From: an uncultured Holophaga sp.
Lineage (GTDB): Bacteria; Acidobacteriota; Holophagae; Holophagales; Holophagaceae
DNA length: 64,000 nt
Assembly (NCBI GenBank): GCA_963664825.1
Contig: OY761614.1
Coordinates: forward strand, 288,001 to 352,000
Direction of reading: 5' to 3'
Part shown: positions 21,250 through 30,078 of the stretch, piece by piece
Layout: every line of letters starts with the position of its first letter
Numbering within the stretch: the first letter of the stretch is position 1
The notes under the pieces: generated by a model
Seen by the model: only the letters and a program-made list of their open reading frames with translations
What the model was told of the DNA's origin: nothing
The model's database searches: none
Program-made: the position numbers and the translations under genes

Positions 21250-23021
21250 GCCTCTGAAGACGGCTCGCCGCCATGGGCCAGCACGCGGTGCACAACGGAC
21301 AACACTTCCCGGACGCTGCAGGGTTTGGATAGGAAGCCCGCGAGCCCTTTCCCGTTGCCCTTGAGAGCCGTCATGGCCTCCTGTTGACTGTAGCCGCTCA
21401 TGAGCACCACAGGCACCTCGGGAGCCACGCGCTGGATCTCCGCAAAGACCTCGTCCCCCCCCATGCGAGGCATGGTCAGGTCCAGCAGCACCAGGCGAAT
21501 GGAGGACCGTTGGCGCACGAAAGCGCCGAAGCCATCCACCCCGTCCACCGCTTCGATGACCTTGAAGCCCGCCTGTTCCAGGCCCTGGCGGAGGATCAAA
21601 CGGATGGTGGGTTCGTCGTCCACCAGCAGGATGAGACCCGGTCCGGTGGCACTGGATATCACTTCATCAGCCACCTCGAGGACTCCCGATTCCTTTTCGG
21701 CGATGGGGAAGAAGATCCGGATGGTGGAGCCTCCCCCGGGGATGCTGCTGGTCTGTAGGGCGCCCTGATGCTCCCGGGCGATCCCCTGCACGGTGAGCAT
21801 GCCCAGGCCTCGCCCCGGATGCTTGGTGCTGAAGAAGGGATCGAAGATGCCGCTGAGGGTCTCCTCGGACATCCCCTGCCCCGTGTCCCTTACTTCCAGA
21901 TAGACGTAGTCCCCGAGCAGGGCCGTGGGGATATCCGGATCGCTTCCATCCAGGTGCTTCAGGGCCGTCGTGATGGTGATCTCCCCTTCCTGGTTGCCCA
22001 GGGCCTCCATGGCGTTGACCACGAGATTGAGCAGGGCGTGACGAACCTGATGGGGGTCCGCGTTGACTCTTGGGAGATCGTTTTCCAATTCCAATACCAG
22101 GTTCACGTTCTCCGGCATGAGGCTCTCGACCAGGGGAAGCCCCTCACGGATGCTGTCGTTGAGCTGATGGCGAACGATCTGGACTCGCCCCCGGCCCGCG
22201 TACGCCAGCATCTGCCGACAGAGTTTGGAAGCCCGCTCGGTGCCCTCGCCGATCTTCCGGCAGGTGTCCTGGAGCTTCGCAGGATCCAGGCTCTCGATGC
22301 CGAGATCGGCATAGCCCTGGATGCCCATCAGAATATTGTTGAGGTCATGGGCCAGACGCCGGGCCAGCATGCCCAGGCTCTCGAATTCGTGAGCCTGCAC
22401 CAGGGCCGCCTCGTACGAACGCTGCTCGGTGATGTCATGCACCACCACCAGGATCTCCCAGGGACGGCCATCGGGATGACGCGCGAAGACCACCCGGCGG
22501 CTGCGGAACCAGCGGTACTCCCCCCACTTGCTCAGGATTCGGTAGACCTCTTCCTGGGCCTCTTCCTTGAGCTGGGCGGTGCCAGGTTCCAGCAGCCGCT
22601 CCCACTGGCGACTGAGCAGTTTCTGGTCCTCGGGATGGACCAATGTCTGGAAGAAGATCAGGCCTCCCTCCAGGAAGTCCCCGGGGGTGTAGCCCAGGAG
22701 TTTTTCCACGGCCTGATTCATGTAGACGTAGGTCTGGGTATCCACATCGATGATGGCGTGGACATCCTGGGAGAGCTCCGCGACCCGTTCGATGTAATCC
22801 TCCCCGTGATCCAGGGCCCGATTCACCTCCCGAGTCTGGAGGGCCATGCGATTGAAGAGCAGGAGCCCCAGCATTCCCATGAAGACCACAGCCCCCATCA
22901 CCGGAACCCGGAGGGGCTCCTTGAAAAGGGCCAGACACCCCATCACCAGGAGGAAGGAAGCCACGAAGAGGGCCAGGATGAATTGGGGAGAGAAGAGCCT
23001 GCGGAGCTTGGGTTGAGCCAT
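21246..23021 (-). CDS. Hybrid sensor kinase (TM-PAS-HisKA-HATPase-REC)
   Basis: VHPED PAS, LAHDLNNIL, IFDPFFSTK..GRGLG, C-terminal receiver LLDLTMP. Confidence 0.92.
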   Translation of the reverse strand: MAQPKLRRLFSPQFILALFVASFLLVMGCLALFKEPLRVPVMGAVVFMGMLGLLLFNRMALQTREVNRALDHGEDYIERVAELSQDVHAIIDVDTQTYVYMNQAVEKLLGYTPGDFLEGGLIFFQTLVHPEDQKLLSRQWERLLEPGTAQLKEEAQEEVYRILSKWGEYRWFRSRRVVFARHPDGRPWEILVVVHDITEQRSYEAALVQAHEFESLGMLARRLAHDLNNILMGIQGYADLGIESLDPAKLQDTCRKIGEGTERASKLCRQMLAYAGRGRVQIVRHQLNDSIREGLPLVESLMPENVNLVLELENDLPRVNADPHQVRHALLNLVVNAMEALGNQEGEITITTALKHLDGSDPDIPTALLGDYVYLEVRDTGQGMSEETLSGIFDPFFSTKHPGRGLGMLTVQGIAREHQGALQTSSIPGGGSTIRIFFPIAEKESGVLEVADEVISSATGPGLILLVDDEPTIRLILRQGLEQAGFKVIEAVDGVDGFGAFVRQRSSIRLVLLDLTMPRMGGDEVFAEIQRVAPEVPVVLMSGYSQQEAMTALKGNGKGLAGFLSKPCSVREVLSVVHRVLAHGGEPSSEA

Positions 23022-23144
23022 CGACGTACTCCGGGCCTCGAGGGAGGATGAGCTGAATCTAGTGCAGCCAGCCCTCACCTTCCACACCTTTTTGCCCTGG
23101 ATCCCGTTCTCACCTATCGAGGGGAGAAGGCCATGGGCCAAGGA

Positions 23145-23645
23145 TCAGGGTTCCCGGAGAGCCTCTTCCAGCGCCTTTTCGGCCCTGCCAGCGGTATAGC
23201 CACTCCAGCGCTCCCGCAGGCGCCCATGGCGATCCAAGATCAGGGTCGTGGGGATGCCCCGGATTTCCCCGAAGGGACTCAGGGCCTCGGGGCCCGCAGG
23301 CAGGAAGACCTCCAGCCCCAACTGCGGATGGGCGTCCAGGAAGGGCTTCACATCATCCCAACCCCCTCGATCCACCGAGATGGGCAGGACGACGAAGGAT
23401 TCCCCGGCCCGCTTCTGCAGGGCCGCCACTTCGGGAAGGCTGGCGCGGCAAGGGGGACACCAGGTGGCCCAGACATCCACCACCACGACCCTTCCGTTGA
23501 ACTCCGCCAGGCTCCGTTTCGCGCCGGAGGCGTCCAGGAATTCAACGCTATCCACGCGTTTGCGCGAGGAGCCCCCTCCGAAGCCACAGCCCACCAAGAG
23601 GACGCCCCCCAGGATGGGAAGAAGGAATCGGCCGATGCGGTCCAT
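23145..23645 (-). CDS. TlpA-family thiol-disulfide oxidoreductase lipoprotein
   Basis: LVGC lipobox, WATWCPPC, GIPTT. Confidence 0.9.
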   Translation of the reverse strand: MDRIGRFLLPILGGVLLVGCGFGGGSSRKRVDSVEFLDASGAKRSLAEFNGRVVVVDVWATWCPPCRASLPEVAALQKRAGESFVVLPISVDRGGWDDVKPFLDAHPQLGLEVFLPAGPEALSPFGEIRGIPTTLILDRHGRLRERWSGYTAGRAEKALEEALREP

Positions 23646-23713
23646 GGGTCACCTCTGCGCCACCAGGATACCGACCCACCCGTCCATCTCCCAATCCGAG
23701 GCAAGGGCCGCCT

Positions 23714-24190
23714 TCACGCCCCCAGGGGCTTGGCCCATTCCCAGAGTACATTGACCACGGCCCAGCGCCCTCGGAAGGCCACCAGGTGGATATAGGCCAC
23801 CCAATCGCCCAGGATCGCCCTCACGCTCGCGGCGTGTCCCCGGACATCCAGCACCGACACCTCCGGGCGCCGATGGCCAGGGTCTGTGTGAAGGCCCATA
23901 CGGGCTGGAGCCCCCAGGAGATCCATGAAGCCAAGGGCCTTCCCCAGGCGGGGGGGCACGGATTCCCGCGGGCCCGCCTCCAGCACCCGGGAGATCAGAT
24001 CGGGATGGAGGCAGCGTTCCAGGGCGGCTTCATCGCCCTCGAACCAGGCCTCGGCAAAGGCCTGCACACCCTGAATGATGCTGTCGAGCTCGGCGGGCAC
24101 TTGGAGCCTCCCAGCAGAATGCGGGGCGCCTCGGACCGCCCCCAGCGTGCCCATGAAGAGAATGGAAGACTTGAGCGTTCCGCGCGGCAT
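23714..24190 (-). CDS. NTF2-like (lumazine-binding family) protein
   Basis: WFEGD...LHPDL...YIHLV..RGRWAVVNVLW. Confidence 0.7.
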   Translation of the reverse strand: MPRGTLKSSILFMGTLGAVRGAPHSAGRLQVPAELDSIIQGVQAFAEAWFEGDEAALERCLHPDLISRVLEAGPRESVPPRLGKALGFMDLLGAPARMGLHTDPGHRRPEVSVLDVRGHAASVRAILGDWVAYIHLVAFRGRWAVVNVLWEWAKPLGA

Positions 24191-24504
24191 GGGAACCCTC
24201 CTTGATAGCTAGGGGAATGGTTGGGTATGAATAAGGTGCCCCAAGGATGGGCCAGGTTCCCTCGGGAAACAACGGATCTACATGAAAAAAACAATCAAAT
24301 TACTACTAAGTATGTAATTTTTGCCCACCACGACAACACCCAGATAACCATTTCAGCTTCCCCTTCAGATTCGATCACGAGGAAAGCCCCTCGTCGAATC
24401 GACATATCAGATGCGGTGTCCGGGCTTCACCTGGACACCACCTGTGGGTCAACGGAAGCAACCGGTCCCCCCTTTCAAGACAGGAAGTCTTCTACGCTGG
24501 AGGG

Positions 24505-25212
24505 ATGAACCTGATCCTGCTCCACCCCGAGGACTTCATCACAGAGGATCGCGTGCGCCTGACGGGGCGCCGCGCCACCCATGTCCGGGAGGTGCATCGC
24601 GCCCGGGAGGGCGATCACCTGGAGGTGGGCCTCCTCGGGGGCCTCCTCGGATCGGGGCGCATCCTCCGGTTGGACAGCGAATGTCTGGAAATGGAAGTGT
24701 TTCTGGACCGGCCAGCGCCCCCCAAGCGCCCCCTGACGCTGATCCTCGCCCTGCCCCGCCCCAAGGTGCTCAACCGCGTCCTGGCCTCGGCCACGAGCCT
24801 TGGCGTGGCTCGGATCTACCTCGTCAACGCCTGGAAGGTGGAGAAGGGCTACTGGAAGAGCCCCCGGATGGCCGAGGAGAACCTCCTGCAGCAGCGCCTC
24901 CTGGGCCTGGAACAGGCCAAGGACACGGTGCTGCCGGAACTGCATCTGCGGCGCCTCTTCCGCCCCTTCATCGAGGCTGAAGCGCCGGGCATGGCCAGCG
25001 GGAGCCTCGCCCTCCTGGGCCACCCCGGCGCCCCCAGCCCATGCCCCCGGGAGGTCCAGGGCCCCGTCACCCTGGCGGTGGGGCCTGAAGGGGGCTGGAT
25101 CGAGGCCGAACGCTTGAGCCTTGAAGCCGCGGGTTTCCAGCCCGTGGATCTGGGAGCCCGCATCTTGCGCACCGAGACCGCCGTGGCGGCGCTGGTGGGA
25201 CGGCTCTTCTAG
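24505..25212 (+). CDS. rsmE: 16S rRNA m3U1498 methyltransferase
   Basis: VGPEGGW, LGARILRTETA. Confidence 0.93.
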   Translation: MNLILLHPEDFITEDRVRLTGRRATHVREVHRAREGDHLEVGLLGGLLGSGRILRLDSECLEMEVFLDRPAPPKRPLTLILALPRPKVLNRVLASATSLGVARIYLVNAWKVEKGYWKSPRMAEENLLQQRLLGLEQAKDTVLPELHLRRLFRPFIEAEAPGMASGSLALLGHPGAPSPCPREVQGPVTLAVGPEGGWIEAERLSLEAAGFQPVDLGARILRTETAVAALVGRLF

Positions 25213-25397
25213 GCGCCTTCCCAAATCCCCGGCCCCGTCTTGATCCCAGCCCTATACGACCTATCGTTGGGTCTCGTAGGCTGGGTGAACATATGAAAAT
25301 ACGGGCACCACCCATGGTTTAGCGCTGGAATCGACATCCTCATTCAACCTCGGATGATCACCCGCTCAAATCCTTTGCTCGCCTACGGAGGAACGCG

Positions 25398-26246
25398 ATG
25401 CCCAACCGAAAGGCCCTCTGCGTGGGGATCAATACCTTCAAGAATTACCCCACCGCCACCCTGCAAGGCTGCGTCAACGACGCCAACGACATGGCCTCCC
25501 TGCTCCGGGATCTCCTGGGATTTTCAGATTCCAATATCACCCAGCTCACCGATCAGCAGGCCACTAAGACCAATATCATGGGGGAGCTGAAAAAGCTGGT
25601 GGAGGCCGCCAAGAACGGCAAGGTCAACACCCTCGTCTTCAGCCTCTCCAGCCATGGCACCCAGGTGCCCGACATGAATAGCGACGAGACCGATCAGGCC
25701 GACGAGGCCTTCTGTCCCTATGATCTCGCCCAGAAGGGCTCCCAGTGGGATCCCAACCATCTCATCGTCGATGATGAGCTGCACGAGCTCTTCACCCAGC
25801 TCCCCTCCAATGTCCTCCTGGAGGTCTTCCTCGACACCTGCCACAGCGGCACCGGCCTCAAGGCCATCGATCTGCTCCTGGAGCGCAGGCCCCGGTACCT
25901 GCCGCCCCCCTCCCTGGATGCCTTCCGGGAGATGGAGCACCGCCATACCCGAAACATGCACACCAAGATGCTGGAGAAGGGCATCACCCATCACATCCTC
26001 TGGGCCGCCTGCCGCGCCAACCAGACCTCCGCCGATGCCTACATCGCCAACGCATGGCACGGCGCCTTCACCTACTTCTTCTGCAAGGAGATGCGCAATA
26101 GCAACAACAAGCTGACCCGGGCCAAGCTGCTGGCCAAAATCCGCACGGATCTCTCCGCCAGCCACTACACCCAGACCCCCCAATTGGAATGCGAGGCGAC
26201 CCTGCGGACCGCCATGCCCCGAGAGGGCATCCTGGTCGCCCACTAG
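25398..26246 (+). CDS. Caspase-family (peptidase C14) protease
   Basis: ALCVGIN, LQGCVNDA, SSHG and DTCHSG catalytic dyad, QTPQL. Confidence 0.93.
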   Translation: MPNRKALCVGINTFKNYPTATLQGCVNDANDMASLLRDLLGFSDSNITQLTDQQATKTNIMGELKKLVEAAKNGKVNTLVFSLSSHGTQVPDMNSDETDQADEAFCPYDLAQKGSQWDPNHLIVDDELHELFTQLPSNVLLEVFLDTCHSGTGLKAIDLLLERRPRYLPPPSLDAFREMEHRHTRNMHTKMLEKGITHHILWAACRANQTSADAYIANAWHGAFTYFFCKEMRNSNNKLTRAKLLAKIRTDLSASHYTQTPQLECEATLRTAMPREGILVAH

Positions 26247-26265
26247 GGCGTTGTTGACGGCATTT

Positions 26266-26297
26266 CGAGTCGCGGAAGCGCGAGACTCCGCGACTCG
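26266..26297. terminator. Hairpin between convergent caspase and nadC genes
   Basis: CGAGTCGCGGA...TCCGCGACTCG perfect 11-bp stem. Confidence 0.55.
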
Positions 26298-26311
26298 GCG
26301 TCCTCCCGGGC

Positions 26312-27160
26312 TCAGGCCATCCGCAGGCTGAGATCGGCGGCGGGGGCGCTGTGGGTGAGGGCGCCGACGCTGAGGAAGTCCACCCCGGTCTCGGCCACCG
26401 AGCGGACCCGCTCTAGATCCAGATTGCCGCTGGCCTCCAGGAAGAGGGCGCGGCCCGAGGCCTTGCGAAGGGAGACGGCCTCGCGCAGGGTCTCCAGGGC
26501 CATGTTATCGAGCAGAATGCCATCCACTCCGGGAAGGGCCAGGCAAGTCTCCACCTGGGCCAGGGTCTCGGCCTCCACCTCGATCCGGATCAGATTCGGG
26601 GAGACCCGCCGGGCCGCCTCCACGGCGGCTTTGATCCCACCGGCAGCGGCGATGTGGTTTTCCTTGAGCAGGATCCCATCCCCCAGGGTGAGCCGGTGAT
26701 TGAAGCCGCCCCCACAGCGCACGGCGTATTTCTCCAGGAGCTTCAACCCCGGCGTGGTCTTGCGGGTATCGAGGATCCGGGCGCCCGTGCCCTCGATGGC
26801 GTCCACGAAGCGCCCCGTGAGGGTGGCGGTCCCCGAGAGGCGCTGCAGGAGGTTCAGCATCACCCGCTCGGCCATGAGGATCCCGTGGCTGGAGCCGCTC
26901 ACCCGCAGCACTTCGGTCCCCAGAGCCACGCGATCGCCGTCCCGGGCGAGAAGCCGCACATCCAGGCTGGCATCCACGGCATGGAAGACTTCCACGGCCA
27001 CCGGCAACCCCGCCAGCCGCAGCTCGGCCTTGGCCACAACTCTGGCGGTCATGTCTCGATCCGGCACGGAAGCCGTGGTCCAGTCCTGGGTGCCCCAGTC
27101 CTCCCTCAGGAAGGCCTGGATCTGCTCGATGTAGGAAAGGCGGTGGGGAGCGTTGAACAT
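26312..27160 (-). CDS. nadC: Nicotinate-nucleotide diphosphorylase (carboxylating)
   Basis: DTRKTTPG, NHR, LKENH, LLDNM, EASG, SVGALTHS. Confidence 0.96.
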   Translation of the reverse strand: MFNAPHRLSYIEQIQAFLREDWGTQDWTTASVPDRDMTARVVAKAELRLAGLPVAVEVFHAVDASLDVRLLARDGDRVALGTEVLRVSGSSHGILMAERVMLNLLQRLSGTATLTGRFVDAIEGTGARILDTRKTTPGLKLLEKYAVRCGGGFNHRLTLGDGILLKENHIAAAGGIKAAVEAARRVSPNLIRIEVEAETLAQVETCLALPGVDGILLDNMALETLREAVSLRKASGRALFLEASGNLDLERVRSVAETGVDFLSVGALTHSAPAADLSLRMA

Positions 27161-27294
27161 GGTGGCCTCGGAGTCCGAATACCGATTCTGCCATCTTTGC
27201 TCCCTCGTATTCAGAAGCGAGAAGGGGCTATTAGAGAAATATTTTTTGCCCCAGCGCCGCCCAGTGGCGCTAGGATTCCAGCCCGGAGTCCTCG

Positions 27295-27885
27295 ATGCAT
27301 GCACGTCTCCTGAAACCCGCCGATTACCGAGCCATGCCCTGGAAAAATGGGCTGGGCACCACCACCGAACTGGCCATCGAGCCTGAAGGCGCCACCCTGG
27401 AGAGCGGCTTCCAGTGGCGCCTCAGCATGGCCGATGTGCCCGAGGATGGTCCCTTCTCCCCCTTCCCCGATTACACCCGGACCCTCCTCCTCCTCAAGGG
27501 AAAGGGCATCGAGCTGAACTTCAACGGGAACGGCCGCCAGCGGCTGGAAAAGCCCTTCGAACCCGTGACCTTCCCGGGGGAATGGCCCGCCGTCGGCCAT
27601 CTCCTGGATGGCCCCTGCCGGGACTTCAATGTGATCACCCACAGGGGATTCACCCAGAAACTGAGTGTGCTCCACCCGGCTCCCCGGGCCGTGCTCCCGG
27701 CGGCGCCCACCCTGCTGATCTTCTGCGCCCAGGGCAGGGCGCGGGTGATGCCGACCGGAAGCGTGATCGGACACAATGAACTCCTCCGCCTGGATGGCGC
27801 CGACGCCGTGGAAATCAACGCCGAAGCCCCGGAGACCCTCCTGCTGGCCATCGCCATCGCGCCGGAGGCAGAGCCCGCCGACTAG
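27295..27885 (+). CDS. HutD/Ves-family protein
   Basis: MPWKNGLGTTTEL, WRLSMA, GPFSPFP, DFNVI. Confidence 0.9.
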   Translation: MHARLLKPADYRAMPWKNGLGTTTELAIEPEGATLESGFQWRLSMADVPEDGPFSPFPDYTRTLLLLKGKGIELNFNGNGRQRLEKPFEPVTFPGEWPAVGHLLDGPCRDFNVITHRGFTQKLSVLHPAPRAVLPAAPTLLIFCAQGRARVMPTGSVIGHNELLRLDGADAVEINAEAPETLLLAIAIAPEAEPAD

Positions 27886-27915
27886 GTTCCCGAGGTAAGG
27901 GACCTGGGCCCCCTT

Positions 27916-30033
27916 TTATCGCTTCTTGCCCATCTCTCCGATCACGATGGACACCGTCTGTTCATTATTGTTCATGTCCACGGCCTTGACGGTGACGCGG
28001 TCACCCCGCATCCGATCCCGGGGGACGAGCACATCGAAGCGCTCCTCCTTCATATCGAAGACCCGGTCCTCGGGCGCGATCTGGAGCCACTGATCGCCAT
28101 CGGCGCTCACGGCCGCTTCCTTCAGGATGGAGGTCTCGTCCCGGGCCAGGAAGCGCACGCGAACGCCCTCGCCCTCGGGGATGGCGGTGAATTCCGTGAT
28201 CACCGGAGGCGTGTGGTCCACCAGGAAGGGGGCCGTCCTCCAGGTGGAGGTCTCCGCCAAATTGAATGGTTGGCTGGGGAGATCGGAAGCCGTCACCTCC
28301 AGGCGGTACTTGCCATCGGGCACAGGCAGGGTATCGAAGGTGAAGAAGCGCTCCTTCCAGACCTTCTCCAGTTCGATGGGCGAACCCTTCTCCGGCAGGA
28401 GCCGCAGGCGGAACTGGAGCTGATCCCCGTTGGGGTCGCTCACCTTGAACTGGAAGGCCTGGGCCCCCCGGCGGAAGCTGCGCTTTTCCGTCCCCATGTA
28501 GCCGAGGGCGGGCAGGAGTTTCTGCGTATCCATGGGCACCCGTTCGATGCCGATATCATCCGGAGGCGCCGTGCGGGTGATGACCAGGCCCGGAGGCATG
28601 ATTTCCACATTCTCCCAGAGGGGAGCCAGGTTCCGGTTGCCCCAATGCAGGCGCACACCCTCGACGACGGGGGTCGCGCCCCCCCGGGAGCTCGTGAGCC
28701 TCAGGCGAAACTGGGCGAAGCGGGCGGGCTTCAGGTTGGGGCGCTCGCCGCTGCGCAGGGGCGGCGTCCAGGGCGACCAGGTGCCATCGGGCGTCTCCGT
28801 CGAACCCACCCGGTACTGCAGATCCACGTTGGTGCCGCTGGGAGCCTCGAAATCCAGGTAGGCCCTGCCCCAATCGGCGATGGGAGAGCCCTTCAGGACC
28901 CGGCTCTCCAGGGTGCCCTCAGTGGCCTGGCTCTCGGAGAGCAGATGGATCTCCGCGGGATTGGAGCCGATCACCATCAGGTTCGATCCGGCCCCCAGGA
29001 AGGCGCTGGCCTGGGCCGTGCCCAAGTCCTGGATCACCCCGAAGGGATCGAGATCCCGGCCCTTATCGGCCAGGGGGATGCTGAAGATGCGGGAGCGGTT
29101 GCCCGTGCCCACCAGGAGTTGGCTGCCCCAGGTGGAGAGGGTGAAGACCTGGGCCTGGGCGCTCTGCCAGAGGGTCTCGGGCACCCGGTTCCGGTCCAGG
29201 CGGATCACGGCGCCCTTGGTGGAGACCCCGGCTTCGGCGAGGTAGCCCTCCCGGCGCTCCAGGTTCCCAGAGGCGAAGCGGTTGGCCAGCCCGTTGCTGG
29301 CCCCGACAAATATCTGGCCATCGTGAGTGATCAGGCTGCGCACTTCCTCGAAGCCCGTGGCATGGAGCGTCTCCAGCCGGTCTCCGGTCTGCACGCCGGA
29401 ATAGTGAAGCACGAGGCCCCGGCCATGGGAGCCCAGGTAGAGGCCCCCCTGCCCATCCGAGACCATGCAGGTGAAGGCGGTCTCCTCGGGCAGTTCCGCC
29501 AGGCGGCGGCTGAAATTCTCCCGGGCCAGCAGCAGCACGGCGCCCTTCTCGCCCCCACCGGCCACCAGCAATTCACTGCCGTGGAGGCTAAGAGCCCAGA
29601 CCATCTTGGCGTCGATTTCGGCATAGGGCTTGACGTCACCCCCCGGGGTCACGCGAAACAGCTTGCCCTCCCCGGTGGGGGCCACGATCAGATCCGGCCC
29701 GAGCTTCACCATGGCGAAGACGATGCCCCCCTTGACCTGGCCCAGGGGCTTCATCTGACCCGCAGCATAGTGGAAGAGCTTGCCATCGTTGCCCGCGCTC
29801 AAATACGCCCCGCCCGCCCCGTCGGAGATGGCGGCCCAGACGACGCCTTCGGGCAATTGGGCCACGCGCCGCAGCGCAGGCGCCAACCGGAGTCGGCCAT
29901 CGGCTCCGATGCGCACCCCATGGGCGTCGGCGCCCAACCAGTCGTTGAAGGAGGCGAAATTCGCCATCGGGGGCTCAGCCTGGATCACCAGCGCAGGCAT
30001 CATCAGCGGAATCATCGCCTTCACTCGCATCAT
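27916..30033 (-). CDS. Secreted beta-propeller / beta-sandwich hypothetical protein
   Basis: Signal-like N-terminus, repeated propeller blades, DGTWSPW, PDGKYRLEVTASD, VDHTPP. Confidence 0.75.
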   Translation of the reverse strand: MMRVKAMIPLMMPALVIQAEPPMANFASFNDWLGADAHGVRIGADGRLRLAPALRRVAQLPEGVVWAAISDGAGGAYLSAGNDGKLFHYAAGQMKPLGQVKGGIVFAMVKLGPDLIVAPTGEGKLFRVTPGGDVKPYAEIDAKMVWALSLHGSELLVAGGGEKGAVLLLARENFSRRLAELPEETAFTCMVSDGQGGLYLGSHGRGLVLHYSGVQTGDRLETLHATGFEEVRSLITHDGQIFVGASNGLANRFASGNLERREGYLAEAGVSTKGAVIRLDRNRVPETLWQSAQAQVFTLSTWGSQLLVGTGNRSRIFSIPLADKGRDLDPFGVIQDLGTAQASAFLGAGSNLMVIGSNPAEIHLLSESQATEGTLESRVLKGSPIADWGRAYLDFEAPSGTNVDLQYRVGSTETPDGTWSPWTPPLRSGERPNLKPARFAQFRLRLTSSRGGATPVVEGVRLHWGNRNLAPLWENVEIMPPGLVITRTAPPDDIGIERVPMDTQKLLPALGYMGTEKRSFRRGAQAFQFKVSDPNGDQLQFRLRLLPEKGSPIELEKVWKERFFTFDTLPVPDGKYRLEVTASDLPSQPFNLAETSTWRTAPFLVDHTPPVITEFTAIPEGEGVRVRFLARDETSILKEAAVSADGDQWLQIAPEDRVFDMKEERFDVLVPRDRMRGDRVTVKAVDMNNNEQTVSIVIGEMGKKR

Positions 30034-30078
30034 CTCTCCATCTCCACTCGGCCCGACAGAGCTCGGACTCCCAATGTC

